DNA of 34,680 nt, taken from the NCBI GenBank assembly GCA_042219045.1, contig JBDGQO010000031.1, positions 1-34,680 on the forward strand, given 5' to 3'. Source of the stretch: Candidatus Bipolaricaulia bacterium (lineage in GTDB: Bacteria; Bipolaricaulota; Bipolaricaulia; RBG-16-55-9). Under the pieces are notes generated by a model, which ran no database searches, was not told where the DNA came from, and saw only the letters and a program-made list of their open reading frames with translations. How positions within the stretch are numbered: position 1 is the first letter of the stretch; each line of letters opens with the position of its first letter. A program made the translations under genes and the position numbers. Positions 24,133 to 32,894 of this stretch are shown in pieces.

Positions 24133-25476
24133 TCATTCGCTGACGACGATCTCGCCGATCATGCCGGCATCCTTGTGGCCCGGCACCGAGCAGACGAAGC
24201 GAATGGGATAGGTCCCCGACTTCTCGGGGGCGGTGAACGTCAATGTCGACGTCTTGCCGGGCTGAATGGTCGCCGTCGACTTGCCAAGCGTCTTGACCGT
24301 GAAGTTGTGCGCGATCTGGCCGTCATTCTCCAGTTTGACTTGGACCGTCTCACCCGGCGCGACGTTGAGCGTGCTCGGGGCGAACTCGTACTCGCTTGCG
24401 GTTACCTCGATGGTCCGATCGACGGATTCGGACGACCCGGTGGCTTGGTCGTTCGTCGTCTGCGGGGTCGTCGACGCCTGTTGTTTGAGCGAACTCGGCT
24501 CGGAGAAGCCGGCCGGCGTCTCGCGGATCTCGTCCTGCTCGTACATGATGTGAATGAACGGCTGCGTCTGGCCGTTGGGCAACTGGAACGCGGTCTTGAC
24601 GGGTTGGTACACCGGTCCGTCCGGCGTGCCCGTCACGGGCAGCACGATGCAGTGCGTATGGTGGCGCTGGCCGGCGATCGTCTCATCGAGTGGCAAGGGC
24701 AGACGCTCACCGAAGGCCAGGCGATATTGAGAGTCTCGCACCGTCTGGGTCGTCATGCAATGGGTCATCTTGCGCTCGTCGGCCAATTCGCCGTTGATGT
24801 AGACGTTCGCCAGGCTCCAGAACGCGCCGTAGGTGTAGACCTTGGGCATGAGGGGGCTGCCGGTGCGCGTCGTCCCGTGGTGATAGCCATCCACGAGCAC
24901 GCCGCCGTCGGTCTCGTAGCCCGGAATGGGCGGCTGCACGACGTGGTCGATCTCGACCCGATAGCTGTTGCCGGCCGGGTCCGTGAACGAGATGTCGGCG
25001 TCCACGGTGTCCTCGGTCTTGCCCGGCGGGCCGGGATTGTCGCCCGACTCACGGTCGATGTAGCGGATGTCGAGCTGGCCGCTGGTGACTTTTCCGCTGT
25101 CGCCGAAGGGCGTCGGCATGTTGGTCTTGGCGTATTGACGGCCGTCGTCGGTCGTGCCACGCGCCTGCGGTGGCAGGCCGACGAGGATCGGCAGGTCTTT
25201 GAGCAATTGCTTGATCGGCCCTTTGGCTTGCGACATTGCCTGCTGTCCCGTCAATTTCGGGTTGCTCGGCGTCCCGAACACGGCCGGGTCGATGCGGCGC
25301 GGGCCGGGCGTCACCCAGTAGACGACGTTGCCTTGCGGTTGCGCCGCGCGCAGGGTACGTCCCGCTTGGGTCGATTCGTCCGTGGACGTCGGCCCGCTCG
25401 GGCCGCCCGCCAGGATGACGAGGGCGGCAGCCGCGGCAGCGGCCGCAATCCCCAAGAAAATCAAAGTTCGTGACAT
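24133..25476 (-). CDS. Exported protein: uncharacterised His/Cys/Met-rich domain plus C-terminal cupredoxin
   Basis: N-terminal hydrophobic segment; HHGT, THCMTT, HHTHC, HIMYE motifs; Ser/Thr linker; EYEFAP...NDGQIAHNF...CSVPGHKDAGM. Confidence 0.8.
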   Translation of the reverse strand: MSRTLIFLGIAAAAAAAALVILAGGPSGPTSTDESTQAGRTLRAAQPQGNVVYWVTPGPRRIDPAVFGTPSNPKLTGQQAMSQAKGPIKQLLKDLPILVGLPPQARGTTDDGRQYAKTNMPTPFGDSGKVTSGQLDIRYIDRESGDNPGPPGKTEDTVDADISFTDPAGNSYRVEIDHVVQPPIPGYETDGGVLVDGYHHGTTRTGSPLMPKVYTYGAFWSLANVYINGELADERKMTHCMTTQTVRDSQYRLAFGERLPLPLDETIAGQRHHTHCIVLPVTGTPDGPVYQPVKTAFQLPNGQTQPFIHIMYEQDEIRETPAGFSEPSSLKQQASTTPQTTNDQATGSSESVDRTIEVTASEYEFAPSTLNVAPGETVQVKLENDGQIAHNFTVKTLGKSTATIQPGKTSTLTFTAPEKSGTYPIRFVCSVPGHKDAGMIGEIVVSE

Positions 25477-25542
25477 AGACGGTTCTCACCTCAGTTTGGA
25501 TGTGGCGACGCCAGGAGTATAGGCGCCCGCGTAAACGCCAAC

Positions 25543-25558
25543 TGTAAGTAGTCTTACA
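25543..25558. promoter_or_regulatory. Palindrome TGTAAG-n4-CTTACA upstream of the cupredoxin operon
   Basis: Perfect 6-4-6 inverted repeat about 21 nt upstream of a minus-strand TATACT -10 (25521-25516). Confidence 0.45.
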
Positions 25559-25600
25559 TGACTTGCGACCCTGACGATACCCAGCCCGTTGGCGACGAGC

Positions 25601-27394
25601 TCACTGCCGACGCCAGCGCGTCCAGCCCCAACGGGCGAGGGGAAGCACGAGCGTCAACGTCAGGACCCCCGCCCACATCGGGACGTCGGCGCGTTGGCGC
25701 TCCGCCTCCCAGATGTTGTTCGTGCGATCCGTCTCCAGAAGTTTGCCATCCGGATCGACCGTTACTTCCGCGAGAGGGGCGTCGAGGTTGGCCTCAAACG
25801 TCGTCTGATCCTCGGAGCCGTTCCAGCGGAACGTCGTGGATTGATCGGCGTTGTCGACGGCCTTCACCGTGACGGGCGCGATCGACCGGCCCTGACGTCC
25901 CACGGTGATCTCGTATCGGTGATTGCCCGATGAGCCATCCAGCGAGCGGACGCCCTCAACGAAGACGTCGAGGGTCTTGGTCGTGCGCAGCCAATGATCG
26001 AAAAAGTCGTCCATGTCTCGGTCGGTGACGCGCTCGACCGTGGCGACGAAGTCGGCGGTCGTGACGTTCTGGAACCGATACTGGTCATAGTACGTCCGGA
26101 GGATCTGGTCGAGCGTCTCGCGGCCCAGCCAGCCCTCCAGCATCCATAAAATGCCCGATCCCTTCGTGTAGGTCGACTGAAAGTAGCGATCAATCGAGGG
26201 AAACTCGGAAGCCGAGCTCAAAACGGGTGTGCCCGGTTCCCGGAACCGATAGGAACTGCGCGTGGAGCTCTCGGACAGCCCCCGCTCCTCCATGCGGTAG
26301 CGCTCGTCGGAGTAGACGGTGAACGCTTCGTCCAGCCAGGCCTCGTCGTACTCGTCGTTCCCGACGGCACCATACCACCATTGATGACCGACTTCATGGG
26401 CGATTTCGCGGATGGAGCCGAAGCCGATCATGATGATGCCCGGGTACTCCATGCCGCCGCCGGCGGTGACGTCCGCAGCCACCAGCGTCTCATAGGCATA
26501 CGGCCCGAACTCCTCAGCAAAGTACGTCAACGCGTCCCGCGTCTGCTGCGCCAACTCGGACTGATCGCTCAGCGACAGCGCCTGGACAGTCGTGCCGTTG
26601 TTTGTGGACAGCTCGGTGACCTCGAAGCGCTCGCTTGCAACCCAGGCGAAGTCGTGCACGTTGGATGCCGCGTAGGTCAACGTCTTGCGGTTTTGCTCGC
26701 CAACGTCCACGACTTGTCCCTGTCGTTGACCCGTGGCGCCCACGGTCAGCTCCGAGGGGACGTTCAACGAAACCGTGTAATCGCCGTAGTCGCCGTAGAA
26801 TTCGCCAATATAGCCGTAGCGTTGGCGGTTCCACCCGTCCTTGTCGTAGACGGCCAGCTTGGGATACCAGAGCGTGACCGTGTAGACGCCCTCACGATGG
26901 CCGGTCCGCAGCGCCAGGTTGCCCGCATATTGGCCACTCGAGGGGATCTCCATCATGTTGTAGGTGAACGCAATGTCCAACTCGATCGTCGCATCGGCGG
27001 GGAGCGGTTCCGCCAAATTGACGGTCATCAGCGTGCCGTCGACTTGATAGCTGAGCGTCTGGGGCCCCATCGACACGTTCCGGATCTCCATGAACGCGTC
27101 ATCGCTGGGATCGGCGTAGATCCGATCCAGGTCGTTGACGCCGGCCTTGTTCCGCAGCTCCTGCTGATAGAACGTGTCCGCCCCGCGCTTGAACGCGTTC
27201 GGGTAGAGATGGAAGACGAGCTCATCCAGTGCCCCGTCCGTTCGGTTGGTGAGCGTCAACGTCTCTTCGCCCGTGATGACGTTGGTCGCCGTATTGAGCC
27301 GAGCGTCGATCTCGTAGGCGACCTCGTTCGGGAGGCTCCAGGCCGAACCCGCAACAGCAAAGACGATGGCAAGAGCGAGCCAGAGCGTGCGCAT
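25601..27394 (-). CDS. M1-family zinc aminopeptidase, secreted with C-terminal membrane anchor
   Basis: GGMEYP, HEVGHQWW-...-WLDEAF (HExxH-18x-E), YTKG; signal peptide MRTLWLALAIVF; C-terminal hydrophobic helix and basic tail. Confidence 0.92.
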   Translation of the reverse strand: MRTLWLALAIVFAVAGSAWSLPNEVAYEIDARLNTATNVITGEETLTLTNRTDGALDELVFHLYPNAFKRGADTFYQQELRNKAGVNDLDRIYADPSDDAFMEIRNVSMGPQTLSYQVDGTLMTVNLAEPLPADATIELDIAFTYNMMEIPSSGQYAGNLALRTGHREGVYTVTLWYPKLAVYDKDGWNRQRYGYIGEFYGDYGDYTVSLNVPSELTVGATGQRQGQVVDVGEQNRKTLTYAASNVHDFAWVASERFEVTELSTNNGTTVQALSLSDQSELAQQTRDALTYFAEEFGPYAYETLVAADVTAGGGMEYPGIIMIGFGSIREIAHEVGHQWWYGAVGNDEYDEAWLDEAFTVYSDERYRMEERGLSESSTRSSYRFREPGTPVLSSASEFPSIDRYFQSTYTKGSGILWMLEGWLGRETLDQILRTYYDQYRFQNVTTADFVATVERVTDRDMDDFFDHWLRTTKTLDVFVEGVRSLDGSSGNHRYEITVGRQGRSIAPVTVKAVDNADQSTTFRWNGSEDQTTFEANLDAPLAEVTVDPDGKLLETDRTNNIWEAERQRADVPMWAGVLTLTLVLPLARWGWTRWRRQ

Positions 27395-27519
27395 AGCCTC
27401 GGCATTGTATGGCGACACGATAGGGCTCACAATACGCCATCCCTGTAAGGGACCTTACGGCGGCAGTGGACGATCACGTGGCAGGATTGCTGAGCAATTT
27501 CAATGGGGGGAGATGGCCA

Positions 27520-28077
27520 ATGGCCTGGATCGATGTCGTCGACGAGGAGAATGCTGAGGGTAAGCTTGCCGAGCTTTACGAGCAGATCCGCTCGTCACGG
27601 GGCAAAGTCGCCAACATCATGAAGATCCACAGCCTCCATCCGGAGGCCATGGAGACGCATCTCGAGTTCTATCTGACGATCATGTTCAAGCGAGCGGGCC
27701 TCAGTCGCGAGCAGCGCGAACTGGTGGCTACAGCCGTCTCGTCGATCAACAATTGCGAGTACTGCACCCAGCACCACGGCGAGGCGCTGCATGCCTACTG
27801 GAAGGACGAGGAACGCTTGGAGCAACTGATCGAGGACCATCGGTCCATTGTGCTGTCCGAGGCCGATCGGGCGCTCGTCGACTACGCCATCAAGTTGACC
27901 GAACACCCCAACGACATGGCTGAAGCGGATGTCCAGCGCCTGCGAGACGTCGGCTTCACGGACGAGGCGATCCTGAACCTTGCGCTTGTCACGGGCTATT
28001 TCAACTTCGTCAATCGGCTGGCCGTCGGCTTAGGCGTTCAGATGAACGAGGACGAAGTCCGCGGCTACCGGTACTGA
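27520..28077 (+). CDS. AhpD/CMD-family peroxidase-related enzyme
   Basis: VANIMKIHSL, LSREQRELVATAVSSINNCEYCTQHH, FNFVNRLA. Confidence 0.9.
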   Translation: MAWIDVVDEENAEGKLAELYEQIRSSRGKVANIMKIHSLHPEAMETHLEFYLTIMFKRAGLSREQRELVATAVSSINNCEYCTQHHGEALHAYWKDEERLEQLIEDHRSIVLSEADRALVDYAIKLTEHPNDMAEADVQRLRDVGFTDEAILNLALVTGYFNFVNRLAVGLGVQMNEDEVRGYRY

Positions 28078-28156
28078 TCCGACGTTGATGGGCTCGCTTG
28101 CAGACAGCTCTCTCACCTAGGATCATGGCTTTCGCACCGGGATCCGAAGGGCCGCT

Positions 28157-29491
28157 ATGGAGCGATTCCGACTCGCCAGCGCGCTGATCCTGATGATCGG
28201 GTTGCTCGTGGGCGCCAGCGCCCAGCCAACAGCCGTATCCGTGACCGTGAACGTAACGCTGGGCGGTCAGCCCACCGACGCGCTCGTGATGGCACGGCAA
28301 AATGGGGAGATTGTCAACTGGCGTTACACGGACGTCCACACGCCGGGAATGGCACGGCTCAACTTGGCTCCCGGCAACTACGGCTTGCGCGTGGACCACG
28401 GCGTCGGTTTCACGTCAACGCCAAAGACCGTTGATTTGACCGTCAAGGCGGGCTCGGCTGCAGAAATATCCGTCTCGCTATCGCGGGCGCTGGATCCGAC
28501 CAAGCGGGGCTACTACGGCATTGACCTGCACGCGCACACGGCGGCCAGCGCCCCCGCGATGGAGCGCGACTTCGGCATATCCAACCATGGGATGACGCCC
28601 GTGGATCAGGCGGTGGGGGTCCAACTCGCGGCCGACTTGGATGCCGCCTTCATCAGCGATCACAACAGCGTCGGCGGCCATTCGACGTTCGCGGACACGG
28701 CCGAGGCGCGCGGCATGCCCTATCTGCTGAGCGAGGAGATCACCACGCTGCGCTGGGGCCACTTCAACGTGTACTCGCTCCGTCCGAGCGAGCCCGTTCA
28801 ATTTGCGTTCGGCAAGGCGCCAAGTGCGTATTTCCAAGAGGCTGGCGACGCGGGCGCATCCATGGTCCAAGTCAACCATCCCCTTTGGAGCAACGGCGGC
28901 TACTGGTTCAATCGCGCCAAGGACGGCTACAATCCGAACTTCGACGCCGCCGAGGCGTTCAACGGACGTTTTGGCGACGACGACGCGGAGACGATCCGCC
29001 AACTCTTTCGCTTCTGGAACGAGGGCCGTGGCTATGTGGCCACGGCCGCCTCGGACGACCACGACTGGAACGACGACGTCCGCGGCGTCGACCGCCGCTA
29101 CGGAACCCCGCGGACGTACGTGCACGCGGGTGACGAACCCAGCGCCGAGGCGATCCTGACCTCGCTCAAGCAGGGGCACGCGTTTCTCACTTACGGGCCC
29201 ATGCTCTATCTCCGCTCAAGCAGCGGAGCGATTCCGGGTGACACCGTCCAAGCGACCGACGCCCTGACGCTCCAAGCCCGCGTGGAAAGCGTCACATCGC
29301 TCGATGGGCTACGCGCGGAATGGATCGCCGACGGCGAGCGCGTCGCGCAAAGCAATCTCAACGGAACGAGCCAACAGCTCGTCTCAAACATCGACCTCTC
29401 CGGCGCGAACTGGGCCCTCATTCGGCTCGTCGACGAGTCGGGCCGCGTCCGGGCGATGACCAACCCGATCTGGCTCGAGCCCTCGTCCTGA
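28157..29491 (+). CDS. Secreted CehA/McbA-family (PHP-like) metallohydrolase
   Basis: Signal peptide; DLHAHT, SDHN, EEIT...GHFN, NHP, SDDH, GHAFLTYGP, TNPIW. Confidence 0.85.
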   Translation: MERFRLASALILMIGLLVGASAQPTAVSVTVNVTLGGQPTDALVMARQNGEIVNWRYTDVHTPGMARLNLAPGNYGLRVDHGVGFTSTPKTVDLTVKAGSAAEISVSLSRALDPTKRGYYGIDLHAHTAASAPAMERDFGISNHGMTPVDQAVGVQLAADLDAAFISDHNSVGGHSTFADTAEARGMPYLLSEEITTLRWGHFNVYSLRPSEPVQFAFGKAPSAYFQEAGDAGASMVQVNHPLWSNGGYWFNRAKDGYNPNFDAAEAFNGRFGDDDAETIRQLFRFWNEGRGYVATAASDDHDWNDDVRGVDRRYGTPRTYVHAGDEPSAEAILTSLKQGHAFLTYGPMLYLRSSSGAIPGDTVQATDALTLQARVESVTSLDGLRAEWIADGERVAQSNLNGTSQQLVSNIDLSGANWALIRLVDESGRVRAMTNPIWLEPSS

Positions 29492-29580
29492 ACGTCGAAG
29501 GCCGCTGGGCTGATCTGTCCGAAGTCGACCCGACGCCCGTACAATCCCCTCGACTTGTCCACCATTGGAGGGGATGTCGC

Positions 29581-30459
29581 ATGCGCAAGGGGCTATTGGC
29601 AGTCGGGCTTATCGCATTGATCCTGACGGCCTCCGGGACGCCACTGGTGCTGAGCCAGATGCAGTCGCCATCGGAAGAGACCGAGTCGCAAACATCCAGA
29701 GAAGCCGATTCAGATCAGCTTGAGCTGGAGATCGTCATGCTGCGCGCGATCAACGACATGGATCTTGATGCCGATCAGTTGGAGACGCTCCACGGCATCG
29801 TGGCCGATCTGAAATCGAGCCGCGCTCGCGTCAATGAAGCGCAGCGCTCGCTGCACACGTTCCTGGTCGAGTTCGAGGGAAGTCGCGAGGCATATCGCGA
29901 CGCGGTGCAGGATCACGAGCGCGAGTTGCGCCAAGCTCGCTCAGAGTTCCGGCAGGCGCTTCATAACGCGATCGATCGGGTCAAAGCGACGCTTACCATC
30001 CAGCAGGGCGAAATCCTGGAGAGGCACTTGACCCGACAACTCGGATCGGCAACGGGACCACTTGATGTCCGAGCCCAGAAGGCGGATCCGAACGGGGGAC
30101 CACCGGGCGAATGCCTAACGAGTCGCTTGAACGACTCCGTGGACCGGCTCCGCAAGCGCGTGGGCGAGATGCTGGATCGCTTCGGCCTGGACGGGGAGAC
30201 CCTTGAGAGCTGGAAGCGCGAGTTTCAAAACCAACTCACCTGTCCGCCCATGCCTGATCAAGGACCGAATTCCGGAGACCGGGAGCGCTCCCGACTCCAG
30301 CTCGAGCTGAACGTCGACCGCATCCGCGGGCTGATGATGGACCATCTGGATGCGCTGGAACGGGTTCTGGACAAGAAGCTCTCGGTGCTGCGGGGCGCTC
30401 AAGCGAGCGCGCCGGCCACAACGCCCAACAAGCGACGGTCGTCGTTTCGCCCGAGCTAG
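29581..30459 (+). CDS. Secreted helical hypothetical protein, possibly Spy/CpxP-like
   Basis: ATG 29581 after GGAGG, signal peptide; LDADQ and LTIQQ flank a coiled coil. Confidence 0.6.
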   Translation: MRKGLLAVGLIALILTASGTPLVLSQMQSPSEETESQTSREADSDQLELEIVMLRAINDMDLDADQLETLHGIVADLKSSRARVNEAQRSLHTFLVEFEGSREAYRDAVQDHERELRQARSEFRQALHNAIDRVKATLTIQQGEILERHLTRQLGSATGPLDVRAQKADPNGGPPGECLTSRLNDSVDRLRKRVGEMLDRFGLDGETLESWKREFQNQLTCPPMPDQGPNSGDRERSRLQLELNVDRIRGLMMDHLDALERVLDKKLSVLRGAQASAPATTPNKRRSSFRPS

Positions 30460-31166
30460 GGCAAAAGCAGCAGGCCGAGCAACGGCAGGATCGCGGCTCC
30501 TGTGACCAAGGGGCCCCAGCGCTGCAGGTCCTTGAGGACCTGCGAGCTCTGTTCGCCGACGCGCTCCCATTGCGACATGAGCGCGTCGGCGCGCTTCTTC
30601 GTCTCGTCGAGGTCGTCCGCGACCTGTTCAGTGCGGTCGGCGATGGCCTGCAGTCGGTCGAGCAGGGCGCGCTCGCTCACGAGCTTGTTGGCTTGCTGGA
30701 CCACGCTTTCGGCTTTGGTCAGGATGCGGCTGAGACGGCGGGCGATCTCCAGTTCGGAGATCGCTCGGGTGCCCTCGATCGTTGCTCCCGACGCCAGCGT
30801 TTCGCCCTCGCCCGTGCCGGGCTTGATGGCGACGTACTTCTCGCCCAGCAGCCCGAGCAGTCCGATAAAGATTTGATCGTCCGCTTGAACCTGGATGTCG
30901 TTGGGCAGCCACAGCGTCAGTCTCACGGTCGCCCCCGTCTCATCCCGAAGGATGCGGATACCCTGGACGTGGCCGACGGCCACGCCGGCATAGTGGACCG
31001 GAGCGCCGGCGGAGAGGCCGCTGGCGGAATCGAACTCCACCTGGAGCGTGTGGCCGCGCCGTACGGCCTGCCAGTCGGTCAGCGTGAAGACAACGCCGGC
31101 CAAAAGCGCCAGGCCGATGAGCACGAAGATCCCCACTCGTCCGGCCGAGGTGCGCGTCCGTTCCAT
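30456..31166 (-). CDS. mlaD: MlaD/MCE-domain protein
   Basis: RVGIFV anchor; FDSASGL..GAPVHYAGVAVG.V; GLLGEKYVAI.PG. Confidence 0.9.
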   Translation of the reverse strand: MERTRTSAGRVGIFVLIGLALLAGVVFTLTDWQAVRRGHTLQVEFDSASGLSAGAPVHYAGVAVGHVQGIRILRDETGATVRLTLWLPNDIQVQADDQIFIGLLGLLGEKYVAIKPGTGEGETLASGATIEGTRAISELEIARRLSRILTKAESVVQQANKLVSERALLDRLQAIADRTEQVADDLDETKKRADALMSQWERVGEQSSQVLKDLQRWGPLVTGAAILPLLGLLLLP

Positions 31167-31213
31167 GCCCGTGAAACGTCTCCTTTCTTCGGGTCTCTGG
31201 CGCTCGCTCCATC

Positions 31214-31948
31214 CTAACGCGGCACGAAGAAGTTCCGAATCGCCGGGTCGTCCATGGTCTCGAACTCGCTCGCGAGGCCCTCGGCAACGTTGACGCCGTC
31301 CTCCAGCAGCGCGATTCGGTCGGCGACCGCGAGCGCGTCGCTCAGCTCGTGCGTGACCACCACCGACGTCACGTTCAGCTCCTCCGAGAGATGGCGAATG
31401 AGGCCGTTGATCTCGCCGCCCATTATCGGGTCAACGCCGGAGGTCGGCTCGTCGTACAACAGCACATCTGGGTCCTGCGCGATCGCACGGGCCAAGCCCA
31501 CCCGCTTTTTCATGCCACCGGAGAGCTCGTCGACCGAACAATCCGGCATATCGCCCAGGCCGACGGCCGCGAGGCATTCGCGGACGCGGGCACGGATCTC
31601 ATCCCGGTTAAGGTCGCTATGCTCATGCAGCGCGAACCCGACGTTGCCGTAGACGCTCAAGGAATCGAAGAGTGCGGCCTCTTGGAAGAGCATGCCCATC
31701 CGGAGACGGACCTCGTTGAGCGCGGCTTCATCCAAGCCATTCAGTTCCGTCCCGTCGATGCGGATCGAGCCGCTGTCGGGCCGAATCAGTCCGATCAGGT
31801 GTTTCAACAGCACCGTCTTGCCGCAACCGCTGCGGCCGATGACGACGACGGTCTCGCCGCGGTCAATGTCGAGATTGACCCCGTTGAGCACCGGCGTGCC
31901 GTTGAAGCGCTTGCGCACCTCGCGGAGTTCGACGATCGGGTCGCTCAT
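31214..31948 (-). CDS. mlaF: MlaF/Mkl-type ABC ATPase
   Basis: GRSGCGKT, FQEAALFDSLSV..NV, LSGGMKKRVGLARA, LYDEPTSG. Real start ATG 31948 (ATGA overlap with mlaE). Confidence 0.92.
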   Translation of the reverse strand: MSDPIVELREVRKRFNGTPVLNGVNLDIDRGETVVVIGRSGCGKTVLLKHLIGLIRPDSGSIRIDGTELNGLDEAALNEVRLRMGMLFQEAALFDSLSVYGNVGFALHEHSDLNRDEIRARVRECLAAVGLGDMPDCSVDELSGGMKKRVGLARAIAQDPDVLLYDEPTSGVDPIMGGEINGLIRHLSEELNVTSVVVTHELSDALAVADRIALLEDGVNVAEGLASEFETMDDPAIRNFFVPR

Positions 31949-32736
31949 TGTCCCATAAAGTAAAAAATGGCGGTGAAGAACGCATCCGCGGCGATGATGA
32001 GCGTCGAGGCGATCACTACGCACCAGGTCGTGGAGCGGCCCACGCCCTCGGCGCCACCCTGCGTGCGCAACCCCTCGTGGCAGCTGACGATCCCGATGAT
32101 CACGGCGAAGACAAACGCCTTGACGAGCCCTGTCCAGAGGTCTTTCGTCGCCAAGAGGGTCTGCGACATCTGAACGTAGAGCTGAGGCCCGATCTCCAGT
32201 TGCGTCGTTCCGACGAGGTAGCTGCCAAGGAGGCCAATGACATCGGCATAGAGCGTCAACAACGGCAATCCGATGACCAGCGCCACGAATCTCGGAACGA
32301 CGAGATACTTCACCGGATCGGTGGCGAGCGAGCGCAGCGCGTCGATCTGCTGCGTAATCCGCATCGTGCCCAGCTCGGCGGTGATGGCGGCGCCGACGCG
32401 GCCCGTGATGATGAGGCCCGTCAAGACGGGCCCAATCTCGCGGAAGACCATGAGCGCGGAGAAACTGGCGGTATAGATATAGGTCCCGAAGCCGAACTTC
32501 TGCATCTGATAGGCCGTCTGATACGCCACGGCCATGCCGATGGTGAGCGCGATGAACGACACGATGGGCAAGCTCTGCCAGCCGATTCGCTCGATCTGTC
32601 GCAACATGCGGCCCGCACGCCACGCGCCGGGCCGAAGGAGCCAGCCAACCGTTTCCGCCAACAGCAGCGTGCTCTCGCCCACGTAGTTGACGAACGTCGC
32701 GAGCCAGCGCAGGCCTCGCTTGGTTGATACGGCCAC
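31945..32736 (-). CDS. mlaE: MlaE-type ABC permease
   Basis: REIGPVLTGL..GRVGAAITAELGTM...QIDAL...YLVVPR, GGAEGVGRSTT. GTG 32736 after GAGGTGA, with TGcTATAAT upstream. Confidence 0.93.
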   Translation of the reverse strand: MAVSTKRGLRWLATFVNYVGESTLLLAETVGWLLRPGAWRAGRMLRQIERIGWQSLPIVSFIALTIGMAVAYQTAYQMQKFGFGTYIYTASFSALMVFREIGPVLTGLIITGRVGAAITAELGTMRITQQIDALRSLATDPVKYLVVPRFVALVIGLPLLTLYADVIGLLGSYLVGTTQLEIGPQLYVQMSQTLLATKDLWTGLVKAFVFAVIIGIVSCHEGLRTQGGAEGVGRSTTWCVVIASTLIIAADAFFTAIFYFMGQ

Positions 32737-32894
32737 GTGCTCACCTCGAGGGGACATTATAGCAGTTGCCATGCAAGGCGCGTAGTGAGGTGTTCCATCG
32801 AGTGGCCCCCATCCGTATGTTAAGATGGCCTGCAACACAGGTGCGAGTTTTTCTCAAGACGCACCACGCCAGTTGAGCCGTAAGGAGGTTCAAG

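Noticed and set aside
31949..32623. N-terminal extension of the MlaF ORF
   Set aside because: Alternate-frame read-through of mlaE; the real start is ATG 31948.
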